A stretch of 64,000 nucleotides of DNA from Balanoglossus misakiensis (lineage: Eukaryota > Animalia > Hemichordata): positions 8,173,625 through 8,237,624 of the forward strand of contig CM082579.2 of assembly GCA_040954595.2 (NCBI GenBank), written 5' to 3'. Under the pieces are notes generated by a model that was not told the origin of the DNA, ran no database searches, and saw only the letters and a list, made by a program, of their open reading frames with translations. The translations under genes were made by a program, and so were the position numbers. Shown here piece by piece: positions 26,135 through 38,590 of this stretch. Position 1 is the first letter of the stretch; the number at the start of each line of letters is the position of its first letter.

Positions 26135-26290
26135 TTGTGTATCGCTGGCACGGAAACTAGCGGCAAGACAGGGCGTAGATTTCAACGCATTGAAGCCACG
26201 CACATGTCGCCATTGATAAGCACACATTGCAGGGAAGAAGTCGTGGTGAGCAGGCGCAGAAGTGTTAACACGTGACAACTGACGTCATGC
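26135..26290 (-). promoter_or_regulatory. Putative LARP1 promoter and upstream first exon
   Basis: CpG-richer patch with CRE TGACGTCA (26280-26287) next to E-box CACGTGAC (26269-26276). Minus-strand donor AA|GTAAGT at 26135/26134 and a candidate acceptor TCTACAG| at about 25646, upstream of the ATG at 25541. Confidence 0.5.
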
Positions 26291-26663
26291 GGGTCAGCTG
26301 AATAGTAACCCTTATCAGCTGATTTTCAGTTTGGCTTCAACTGCATATTGTGTGGTTTCAGCATCGTATTGGCAGGAAAGAATCACGTTAAATATGTAAA
26401 ACGGATTAATCGTTTGGTTATCCCTGATTGTAAGTTTTTAACCTTGAATAAGTATATATGGAAGACAACTGGGTAATAGTTGGGGTAAAATTAATAAAAT
26501 CATCATCATCACCATCACCATCATCACCGACCAATTATTTGCTTCAACCTTGCAAACATATGATAATGCATCCCTCTGACACAATTTTACAAAGACAGGC
26601 AACATGCTTCCAGCATCTTTTCCATTGTTGACCAGCTGGGTTCGAATAGTTTGCATGACAAAT

Positions 26664-26746
26664 TAGTCTCGGTTACCCAGACCCCTCTGCTTCTTCCGTT
26701 GGGCACTCTTTCTGGAGAAGCAGAGGAGTCTGGGTAACCGAGACAA
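26664..26746. mobile_element. 83-bp hairpin mini-transposon with a 9-bp TSD
   Basis: TIRs TAGTCTCGGTTACCCAGACCCCTCTGCTTCT and AGAAGCAGAGGAGTCTGGGTAACCGAGACAA (2 mismatches). Flanked by the exact direct repeat ATGACAAAT (26655-26663, 26747-26755). Confidence 0.85.
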
Positions 26747-27596
26747 ATGACAAATGTAATTTTTTTTAAATTTTGAATGTGGTTTCAAGGGGGGGGGGGG
26801 GGTTGCTATGCCAGAAATTAACACACCATACTCACATCTTCTTATTGAATAGAATACCTTGGCATTTTATTAGTTTTGAAGAAAATGGCTGTATAAAACT
26901 ACTCGGTAAAATCCATTACATGAAAGAAGCTGCAAGCTTCCATCCAGTTGAATGTAATTAGGAATACAATTGTACTATACCTTATTCTAAAGCACATTTA
27001 CTAAACTGAAAAAAATCTGAATGTTTTTTCTTCACATTTTAATGGATTATCCATTTTGTTTGTATTGTCAACTTTGTACATTTCACTGTCAAAAGAATCT
27101 CCTTTACAAAATATTTATGACCAAAAATCTTATTTTTTGGCCCATGGCTACTTAATTATAATGTCGTATACAAAGGGAATGTCAGTCTAGCTGTTTGAGC
27201 TATTTGTGTGAGGATATTATGGGTTTCCGTAAATCTGGTAAACATGTAGTTGCCAAGTGTAACTTGCAAATACTGGTACATATTCACAATCATATTTGGA
27301 TATACCGGTAACATCAAGCTTTGTCAGTCTTTTTTTCAACCATTTATCCTTTTTTGAATATCGCAGACGTGATTGAAAAGAATTCTTCCCCTACTTTGCA
27401 TTCTCATAAAACTTGATTTCCTAACTTGCAATGCGTGTTCCTTGCCCTAAAAACTGAGTCCTTCATACAAACTGAGTAATCTGGTCAAGTTACAAAAGCT
27501 CAAATCTGCATAAAACTTGTCTGTGTAAAGTCTGGCAAGATACAGACGACCCTTGCCAAGTCATGAGAGTTGACGTCCACTGTGAAAAACCAAAAC

Positions 27597-27689
27597 CTAA
27601 CCCTTTCACCCCCAGTTCCCTCAGCAGAGCTCCAACTCTGCCAGAGAAAACAATAGATTTGGGCTAAACCATGGTGGTTAAAGGGTTAA
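27597..27689. mobile_element. piggyBac-like MITE
   Basis: CTAA|CCCTTTCACC ... GGTTAAAGGG|TTAA. Shares the internal TAGATTTGGGCYAAACCAT with the copy at 60336-60418. Confidence 0.75.
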
Positions 27690-30355
27690 GTGTGGGGTGA
27701 GAGCCTCACAGGGATTTGACCACAGTGGGAGCTATGACTGGCTTGGGGTCTGTCTCTTTGCAATGCCTTGTAATTTTATGAATGTACAAACACAAATTAT
27801 TACAAACATGTACATCAAAAATATACACTGACACATGACGAGAAAGTGATAACAACTCTTCTGTCTGTTAAAATTTGTACAACTAATTCTGAGTTAAACT
27901 TGCACACAAACTTTCATCTTCTACCCCTGACATTGACCTTCATAATGCATTTCTGTTTAAATAAAAAATATACCGAAAAGCATGATCTACAGTTATACAA
28001 AAATACTTGAGTCACAACTTTGGCCATGGCACTCGCTGCACAACTACCAATGTGCTGCATTTTACAATGTGGCTCTAATGCTGCTCGCAACACCAACACA
28101 GATGCCAGCTGCAGCATCATCATTGACACCAACAACGATGCAGCATTGGCACCAACACTGGCTGAGTTGCTATGTATCAACACCCTGTTCCCCCCTGCAT
28201 AATGCAGTTCCAATAAACAGCACTCTCCATACAATCGCCTATCTACCAACACTGGTAGAATATCACATTCAGGAAAATGACTGAAAGTAAACACTTGCTA
28301 AATTTACAATTCAGAACCAGTCGTTGCTTATCTACATCTACATAGTGGAGCAGTCTGTTTGACAAACTGTAGGGAGAGATAATCTTGTCACTTTGAATTG
28401 TATTACGGTATAATGAATGCCACAGAATATTTTGTTGGAAATGACTTAACTTTGAACATTTCAGTTAGGGGGTCAAACCAAACACTGGCAAGGCAAGCTG
28501 GCAAACTTTAGTGACTTGTTTTCTTTAAAACATGTTCAATGTAAATTCAGGCATCTAATTGAAAACATAATGAAAACCTGTACAATTTCAAATTTACATC
28601 TGCGTGTACCAACATAGGCTTCCCCTACATGCAAACACAGCGCCCTCTATACAGAACGCCCTCTACAGACCAAATTTACAAGAACAGAAAAAAGTAACAC
28701 ATGGTAAAACCTACTTGTCTTGCTTGCTGCTCTTGTGTAACTATGCTGTATACCTGGAGCTCTGATCAAATTTGGCCTTTTTATCATTTCTACGTATTAT
28801 GCTTTATTGAAGGAAAGAAATACACAGTCAATGCCAGCGTAAATTCTGAGTTTCTTTTTGTAAATCATAATATCATGCCCAGTCTTGCCACTGCAGGTAT
28901 TTTTTCACTTACTGCTTTTAATTAAAGACTGTTGAAGACATGCCCCTTTACAACAAAAATGAGAGTTTGAACTTATCACGATTTGCACTGTTTTTAAAAA
29001 TATTTTTGTTGAAGTTGGCTAGCTTTGGAGGAAGATGAAAGTCTCAAAGTTGCGGTTCTGATAATTGCCTCACTTTAAAAAGTCTGACACATCTTGTTTC
29101 AAAGTTCAAAAAATATCAAATTAGAAGCATCTCAAATGAACAATTGCACATTAACACAAACAAAAAACATACATCTCAAAAAAATCCTTATACAGGTCTT
29201 TATAACAAACATGCCCCGAATCCAACTGTAGGCAGAAGATTTCAAGTCTGGACATTCGATTTTGAACAGTGGTAACCAAATGCAGGGGCTTTTTTGGTCA
29301 GATAAAATACTGGCAATTTCATCATGCTTGAGGGAGCTTAATAAAAACTGCAGTTGACACACAGACACACAAAAGAACACAACTGAACATAATATCCAGA
29401 AAATTGCAGCCATTGGTGCTTTATAATTTGGTTTACTGAAAAGAGCCTGGACACTAATGATGATGGACACATCAGTGGAACAGCCTCTGTGTCAAATGTT
29501 TGATTTTCACAAAACTATGGCACCCAAGGCAATGTTTTTTTTTTCACAGTATTACGCACGAGATTGACATTTCTTCCAGGAAGGAGACAACCAACTCCTT
29601 GACAATAAACTGATTTCAGAAGCAAGTTTTCTTCCATCGAAGGAAGTGGCTGAGAAAACAGTGAAATTGTTGATAACAGTTCGTATGAATTGAAATGTGG
29701 CATCCTTTTTATAATCCATCTGTATTATGTATGTGTGCCTGTGGGTGTAACATGTAAACAGGGAAAACAAGACAGACGTTTGTTGGAATGTGCTAGTACA
29801 TCTCAAAAAACACTGCTATGCAGTAGTTCTCGATGGTGCTGTGACAAATACAATACAATAAACACTACTACATGTATACACAGTAATTTTCTATGAGTGC
29901 TGGATATTTCTAACATTTCTGGCAGGCAGAGGGGCAAGAAAAGCTGTTCACAATCATGCACTGTTCAATTCCATTCAAACTCCCTCACAGAAGTGAGACA
30001 AAACACCGTCTTTCAGAAAAAATATACAAATATCCATATTCAATTGTATTTGTCTTTTGTGCCCCCACCACTGTGTTTGAGGAAAAAAGCCTTGGGCTCA
30101 GACTGAAGAAAATAAGCTATCACTTTACCCTCATACCCCCCACGTTGTGCAACTAGGTGGAACAACCCTACTGTTTTCAACTAAACTAGACTAGACTATT
30201 CATTTTCCGGAGAAACGGAGAGAGCCAGGGCTCAAAATCGGATCTCCCGTAGTACTGACATTCCCTTGGTAGGTAGGTAGCATGCTTGAAATCATTTTGA
30301 AAGAAGTAGTGGAATCAATGACGATTTTTGAGGAAAGAGCAGATTTTCTGAGCGA

Positions 30356-33300
30356 TCAGTTTCCCTTCTTCTCCGTTTCACTCTGTTCGCTCTGTTCTTC
30401 GTCCGAATATTCTGTGGGCTCCTCGCCAGGTTTCAAAAGTTTACCAACATAATCGTATTTCTCTGTAAAAAAAAAGATGAAATAGACACAAATTATTCTC
30501 CATTTCAGTTTTATCACAAAACACTGTAATGATACAGATATGGCAAATCCTAACCCTCCTTTTTTTCAATTTTTTTCCAGTACATTCTTGATGATCCTTT
30601 TGTGAGCTTGCCTAATGACTGAATAGAGTTATCTGAAATCTCATGCTACACTAAGACCGAACATTAGCGCAAGCTAAGTGGAAACAGTTACCATGGTGAT
30701 ATTCATCAACAGCGCATCCACCATGGAATCATCATCACACATTCACACACTCGAAAATGAAAATAGGAAAATTGCTCTTCATGCAGAATTTCAGTTTATA
30801 AGATCGAAACTGATGACCACAAATTATGTTGGCTGACGCAATGGTATCCATGGTAACTCATCAGTTAAATTGGCCTAGTGAATGGCATTAGTTTTGAAAA
30901 CTGCTGAGTAGAACGGCTGCGTGAAAAAAATATCAATTTAATAACAAAATTTCGCGGTCTAGTGGTTAATGATGGCTTTTAAGGTCATACTGGAACATGC
31001 AAATCTACGACGGGATTTGAATTTCTAGGGTGGTAATTGATACAGGGGTAGTAAGCTCAGACTGATTGTAATATCTGGGACTCTGTAGTTTTTCCATGAG
31101 CATTTGCTATTTTTTTATATCCCCCTGGACCATACACTGATCTAATGTAGTGTTATTTTTAGACAAAACACCCTGCAAATGCCTGCAGTGAAGAAAAACA
31201 GCTGGCTCAGCAAAAAGTCTACTGCCCTGCGGCAGTAGAGTTTTGAAAAATAAAAGTGAAATGCATACAACACAATGTCGTGTTTCACTTCCTCCTGTTT
31301 GTCTTCTTCTCCTATGAATATTTCAACAGCCGTGATATTGGCCCTACTCTTTCAAGGAAAAACAACATCAATGATGAAGTGGATGATTCAAAATAACATG
31401 GATTTGACATGCATGAGTGATGATTTGGACACCATCAAAGTCCACAACCATCTTTCTCTGCTCAATTTGTTTTTATGACACCCATACATGCAGGAAAACA
31501 CTAGAGATTGCAATGAGTATGTACTGTGTTCTCATTCTGAGATGAGACAGAGTTATATTATATCTTGCATTGTGCGTCTAATGAGTTGGATGGACTATTG
31601 ATCGAAATGTGGGGACTTGTCATAATTCTGCATAACGTAACTCAAGAACTACAGCCATAAAATATTATTGACTTCAGAGAATGAACGTTAAAGGTGCTAA
31701 AAGTTGTTTCCCAATTTACAGAATGGTTTCTAACAGGCTGAGGCATTTTATGACATTTTCTTGTCCGGGTGATAAATATCTCTTACTTGCACATTTAGAA
31801 ATGATACTAGCAGCGTTTAAACATACATGGCTTCTCAAGTATAGTATTCAACTTTTATATTCCATCACTTTTGTTGATATGTGATCATTTCAATTGGGAA
31901 TATATTATCAAATAAAGTCATTTCACCAAATTCCATTATGTAACGTCAATGATCTGAGTCATACTTCAATTTCTACACAACAAAGTGGGACCATCTGCAT
32001 GTAAAAACTATGATGTAGTTTCTACTTCAAATAAAAAAAAGTCAAATTCTGCAGTCTAAATTCAACATATGAAAAACAAGTCTATCTTGAACTTTCAACG
32101 TAAAGTAAACCGTGTTACACAGCGCCCTCTGTGGCCATTTTTGTGTACGTATGACATTCTTTCCCAGGGCACGGGTGATATTTTTAACTTTCTGCATAAT
32201 TTATCATTCTTCAATCTTGTCAGACAGCATGGTGGAGAGGCCAATAAACAAAACAGATCTAGGGCCAAAATTATCAATATCAATAGCATAAATAGTTTTC
32301 GGGCATAGTTAAATATTAACATCACTGATATTGTAACAAAAGTCATTTTCAAAGTGGTAACACAATCTTGGCTTGCGCATATGCCTGGCCTTAAATTATT
32401 GACAACTGACATTTCAACAGAACTTTGTGATATGGTCTGATTTAGGTATGTATGTTGCGATATAGGCTTATAAAACAGAGTAGATCTAACTGTTTTTTTT
32501 CTACTGTTGTTAACACACAAATTCCGGCTGCAGTTTAAATTGCTGAGAGGTGTCTAGTGCACAACGGTGTTTTAATTTAAAGTATATCAAAGAAAGTCAG
32601 CTGGCATCGGGTGAACTCCCAATTAATACAAGTCAGAAGAGAACAAGGAGGCTTTGGTACGAACACACAAAGCGCTACCCTTTGACCCCCGAGTCACTCG
32701 GTGATACGAGACAAAGGTCAATGACTGCAACAGAACACCTCATGCGGGTAACCTACGCTGGTACCTGGATTACGTCTGGTTTTGTTTGCATTCGTCCGTA
32801 TGTAAGGTAACAGGTGGTTCGACTGCCTGCGTGTGCACTGTGTCTGTGTTGAATAACCGGTAAATGCTAGCGATTATCTGAGGGAGAAACCCACTCACAA
32901 TAAATTTTTATTCACAGCTGGAATGCAGATGTGTAGTGAATATAACCCATGGGGGAGTTCTGCTGACTGTACAGTGAATGGCAACATCACAAGGGAGATG
33001 GACTTTAGTAATACATAAAGAAAGAAATTTCACTCCGACTCCTGAGCATTAAAATCTCGCGCAAAACAATGATGGATGTGTCCCTGCACTGAGCTCTATT
33101 GTTCTGTATTAACCACGCCATCTTTTGACTCAGCAGCTTTTTTTATAAGATCCTCTAATCACTCACATTACCTGCACCTGTGATAGAGCATAATCCGTGT
33201 ATTGATGTACATTGTACACTCCTGTATTGTACAAGTTTTGGTTTCTAATCCCAATCAAAATTGCCAACATGCACTCTTGAAACCAAACGCCTTTCTGGAA

Positions 33301-36300
33301 TCCAAGTAAGACCGACAGAAATTGGGCTATTCATTTACACAACAAGACTGACAGCAACGTGTCCTAACATTCCCAGCAGTTTCTCCAAACACAGAGGCGT
33401 GTTGGCGAACCGCTAATTACAGTGGGGCAAAGGTCACGCACACAGCTGTGTGTGTGTGTTCAACGCACACACCGCCGGGTTTGTGGACTCACCCTCAAAC
33501 TGCATTTCCCATTCCCGTATGCTTTCCGTCTGCATGGCGCTGAGATCTGAAAGGTCGTCGTACTCGTCCCGTAAAGCGTCGCCGTCCAACGAAAATGTGG
33601 CCAGCGCCCGTGAAGCATCCCGCCCAGCGAACGCTCCGTACGGACCACCTGTTGATGAGGAATAAAAAAGACATCCAAACATTAGGGGATACTGCTATGG
33701 ACAGTATTACTACTCAAGATTGAGCACACATGTATTGATCTACTTGCACCATTAATATAGTAGTTCTATATTTAAGCAAGAACCCCCACAGCAGCCGGGT
33801 GTATATGTACTATAAGGCCAAAAAAAAAAAGAGTTTTGTTTAGCGTCCAAGCAAAATCTCAAAATTGATGCGGTGACGCGGTTTCTTTTTTTTTTTTTTT
33901 TCTTTTTTTTTCCTGCAAAACAAGAACAGCAAATATTTCTTTAATAGTCCAAAATTAAGGGGGGGGGGGGATTTGGTCAAAGTAGGGGGGAATCATGATT
34001 TGCATAATTTATGTTAATTAGGTAAACATCAAGGAATGACAATTTTGAAGGTTAACTTACTAACTGCCTTCATTCCATATTAAAAAAAAGCATAAGTAAA
34101 TTACAACACTTTACATGTGAACTTGACAACATATTAACAGTTACAGTTTTTTCTACTTTAAATTAGTAGATTTTGCAGAGGAAGACACCAGCTTGCATAA
34201 CTTTCAGGGCATGTAATTTAAAAAATGCTGGAGAGCTGAAAATAACTCTCCTGAAATTAATTACACAAGTGGTAGGAGAGTGACTGATTAACTGCTCCCC
34301 TGGCAAGTAGAGTGAAATGAATAAAAAAAATGCAACTGCAAAAACAATAGTGTCTTTCTTTAATACTATACCTGAGAAAAAAATTCTTGTTTGATTTTAA
34401 AAGTTTCAGCTTTATAGCTGCCAAAATATTAGATTGTGAAACCATTAATAGTTAAATAAATTGAAGTGGTATATATTTCTTCAGATTTCTGCCTACACTT
34501 CCCCATCTGTGGCTAGGCACACTACTCAAATAAACAGTCTCAGTACATATTGAATGACTTTCCTTCCTAAGTAAGAAAACAAGGTCATGGAAAACTGATA
34601 CATTCTTGATAATCGCCATGGCAGGAACGCAGTTTCTTTAATTTGCATAAAATTGTTACGTTTTGCCAACCCAATTTCAAAAGTCACCATAACAACAAGT
34701 TCACTTGAGTGCAGAGTGTGTGCTCTAAATTTAGACGGTATCCAGATAGGCTGTTCCAACAATTGCACACTACAGCCCTGGAGCAAAATTACACGTGAAT
34801 GAATGTGAAAGTCATCTACAACATAGTTTTGGGGGGTGGGAAGTTAAAATGTATAGGCCAGCACGCAGTAATATCGGCCGTTTTCCCAGTGTTTTGACTG
34901 ACGGTGCCTGCTATTGAGGCTTGGACGCGCATGTACTGGCCGGGTGGGCTGCTCACGAAGGGGCGATTGTCGCCCCCTGAACTTGTTACAAGGGGCGCTT
35001 CAAGTGTAAAATAGGGGGAATCGCGCGATCGCGCGTCCTGGAGAAAACACTGAACTGTTGATTTCCGGGTTCGAAAATTACGAAAAAAAAAGCCTCGACG
35101 CGCATGTTTAAAAGTGACGCGCGCGAGGACGCTAAACAAAACTCTTTTTTTTTTTTGGCCTAATTAAGAATTTGTGTTCTTTAAAATATTAGCTATAAAT
35201 TTTGACAGTTTATACAAACTTATGCAGCAACTAATCATCTATTTGTACAAATCACAAATAACTCTACAGCCAAGAATGCTGAGCTACTGTAGTTACTCTG
35301 TCCAGGAAATTAATTTTTCTCACAGACAAAACTTGGTCAACCAGAGAATAATCATCGCGCTTAACGCACAATTGGTATTCTGGTGGTCATTAATATGGCT
35401 GATGTAATGCACCATTGAACAAAATGTTTAAATATATGCTGGTATGCTATCATTGTCCCCATTATAGAAATTAAAAGGCTGTTACCGGTAATATGTCGAT
35501 GTAAAGAAACCATTTTTATTTACATGTTTCATTGACAGTCTAATGTCTACAGGCGAGACCACTGTATGTCTGCATTGCTAAAATATTTTTCTCTAATTCA
35601 TTAATTAATTTATTATAACCTTGGCTTCAAGCACAAATCTGGCAAAGATATTAATTATTATGCCTCATCCCACAAACAACATAGGTCTATGAAATAAGTT
35701 GCTAATAATAGAAAGTTATTAACTGTAGCTCAGTCACACGATGGGGAAATGAGATAAAATGACACAGAAACTTGATATTCTTAATGTGTAACAAGAGCAG
35801 AAAGGTAAAGAATGGTTTCCAATGGCAATCAAATACTTTGGCTGGCATGCTGGCAAGTGCAAATCCATCACACTATGCTGAAGTCCTCCTCAGATTATTT
35901 GACCCCCTGACAAGAGTTCAATTAGTTTACCTGCATCATAGATCATACATGCTGGTGCATGACCCTTACATTACCTTTGATACACATATGTTTCATTGGC
36001 TATGGTAAGGAGTTAAGTAGCCCGTGCCAATATAGAGGACTATTGGCCTGCTGGCATTGTACCATTCTGGCCTCTCAGTGCACTGTCTACATTTGTATTG
36101 TACACATGTATCAAATGTGGCATGTCTCGGACATCAAAATAGTTTTATTCATTCACTGAAAGACACCATACAATTACATGTCATCTGGGGTCAGCAAGAT
36201 CATCAATATACGATATTATAGGGTGGGCTTCATCCAGCTTCCATCATTTCACACATGACTCGTGTAAATTGCTTTCTAGTGACTCACAATTCCACAGATC

Positions 36301-38250
36301 TACATGTAAAATGAGATGAATACTGTACAAGTTTGTCTGCATTTATGGCTGCAGTAAAACTGGTACAAAAAAAATTGCGAAAGGTGACACATCTGGGGAT
36401 AATGCAGACACTGATGGTGCCAAGGGTAGGCTGATTGAATGATGCTGGCCCATTCTTTGTAATGATCGGGAACCTAATCAGATGATAAGACACTGCAGCT
36501 GGCATATTACCATAGTTACGGGGAACTGTTCAATAAGGTCTAATGCAGGTCATTACCGGTACCATCAGCCAGATGAAATGTCCAAATAGCTTGGATGGAG
36601 ACATGACCAATGGCAAATTAACTGAAGCATGTGCTCTTTATGAAATGTGTTTGGAAACTATCTCAATTGCTTGTAATGAAATGTTAATGGTACACTCCGA
36701 TGTGAAAAAAATGTGTTCACTTTATTTAAAGGTTAAGTATTGTTTTCAGCAGTGTGTACCATGGATTAATATCAACCATTTTTCAAGGTATCTGAGTATT
36801 GTGTGCATAAAACCTACAGAATGGGAGAGTCAAAGGTCAATTCAATCCAGGTCCTGACATACAGTACAAGGTTATTAATTACAGAGTGACATAACCACAA
36901 CTCCACACACTAAAACAGCCTGAGCAAGCAACCAGTGAGTTTACAAAGAATTATCATGTATTAAAACCACAGCAAGTTTTGTATTCAAACATACTTCTAT
37001 ACTCATTTGAATTTTATCCTGATTGCTATTTGTCTTGGAACAAATGGAGGTTAGGTATTTCAGTGCCCCAGGGTCTGGCACTATGTGTTGTCCTTGGAAG
37101 GCTACAACACGTTCATTTATTACATAATCAAACACGCAATTTTCTGCTTTACTTTTACGTATTAAAGACACTGCTATATTGGAAAATGTATACGAATTTT
37201 AGAGATGACAACATCAAGAGTGCATTTGTGCAGCATACTGCTATGTAATATTATGCTTAGGACTACATATGGTTTTTGAATGGCTATTTTTAGAATGCGG
37301 GTTCACGTGAGTTTGTGGACAGCTAACCTTGCAAATGTTTACATGGCTTCTACAGTCACACTATTACTGTGTCTCTTCATAGAGGTACTAAGAGAGTACT
37401 TGTACCTCCATGAAGTTGATTTTTCTTTTGCAATGACTGTGCTTTGCTGGTAATTGAAGGACTAGAAAGGCTGGAAATTTCATTTTGAACGCAGGCCATT
37501 TGTGTGTGCCATCGTGCACCACCACTGCATGTAGTGAGAAAGGCAATAAACAAATGTAACCAGTGGTGCAATGTACACGCTTGTCTGGAATTTATGAAGA
37601 CCCCGAGGAAATCCTCGAAACTTTTGATACTTCGAATGATTTCGCTTGGCAGTGCAATTTAGCAACTGAACTCTGGATGGTTTAAATGGTCAGTTCATAC
37701 AGACAGGCGCTTACACTGCCAACAGTTCATTCATCCGGTACCAACTGCAAGAACACTGACACGCAATGCAAACAGAGTCAGATCATAGACTGCACTGAGT
37801 GAGAGGTACATGCAGTAGCATCACTCAGTACATTGTATTATAATGGATCGTTCGTTTGCGTTGATGGGCTGGTCTGAAAGTGTTTTGAATAGACATAAAC
37901 AAAACAGCACCAATCTCACCTGGCCCATAGAATTTCTTTCCCCTCGTGACGTCAAAAACCCTGCCGTTGACCGCGACAAGTACCCTGCCTTCATGTTTCT
38001 CCCCGCTACCTGTGTAGTCCTTCAGTTCCTCCAATGTAAAATCTCTCTTCTTCATCTTTGGAAGCGGCGGTGGTCTCGGCGGAGTTTCGTCGGGTTTCTC
38101 ACGGCGCAGGATTTTATACAGAAGATAAATACAGACTGCAAGTAAAATCAAATTGAGTGGACTGGAAACTAATTCCATAATGAATCCCTGGCTTTCTACA
38201 TTTTCACCGCTGGCCTCGGAGCTCTGTTGAGTAGCTTCTGCTGCCGCCAT
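30356..38250 (-). CDS. PGRMC1: Membrane-associated progesterone receptor component (PGRMC1/2 pro-orthologue; cytochrome b5-like haem-binding MAPR protein), 197 aa
   Basis: Exons 37920-38250, 33493-33648 and 30356-30462 (594 nt, intron phases 1/1). N-terminal TM ([20 protein letters not shown]), then [66 protein letters not shown] and [22 protein letters not shown], all diagnostic of PGRMC. Confidence 0.97.
33816..35160. mobile_element. Non-autonomous DNA transposon (1345 bp), GG..CC termini with a TAA TSD (Zator- or PIF/Harbinger-type), in PGRMC intron 1
   Basis: 33-34-bp TIRs GGCC(A)11GAGTTTTGTTTAGCGTCC (33816-33848) and GGACGCTAAACAAAACTC(T)12GGCC (35127-35160). TAA on both flanks (33813-33815, 35161-35163). 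No long ORF. Confidence 0.85.
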
Positions 38251-38499
38251 TTTGCCTGAAAATCTAAACAAAGTGACAGTGTGGTTAATAACAATTATCA
38301 TCAAGTTGATTCTAGTTCTCAGCTCAGCTAAGTCCTATTTGGGCGAAATCCGTCCTTAAATCTAATATTCGTGTTGTTCGTATAGAGAATAAGGCCGTGT
38401 ATACTGACACAAAGATTTTTTTCTATTTCAAAACAGTCACCGAATTCGAGGATTAAATGTTGTTTTGTATTAGTTTTGCGTAGCCTTTCTTTTGAGTCG

Positions 38500-38590
38500 A
38501 CGATATTACATCTCGCGAGATCTCGAAGTGTGACCTAATTTTATTCTTGACCTTTCACCTGAACCAGGATAAATAGATACACGTGGCCGA
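38500..38590. promoter_or_regulatory. Putative PGRMC promoter motifs in the divergent PGRMC/DOMON-1 interval
   Basis: Palindrome TCTCGCGAGA at 38511-38520, DR1-like TGACCTTTCACCT at 38548-38560, and E-box CACGTG at 38580-38585. All lie about 260-335 bp upstream of the PGRMC ATG in CpG-richer DNA. Confidence 0.45.

Noticed and set aside
31218-31239. Small GC hairpin TCTACTGCC-CTGC-GGCAGTAGA as a Helitron 3' end or terminator
   Set aside because: No CTRR terminus follows it and no matching 5' end was found.
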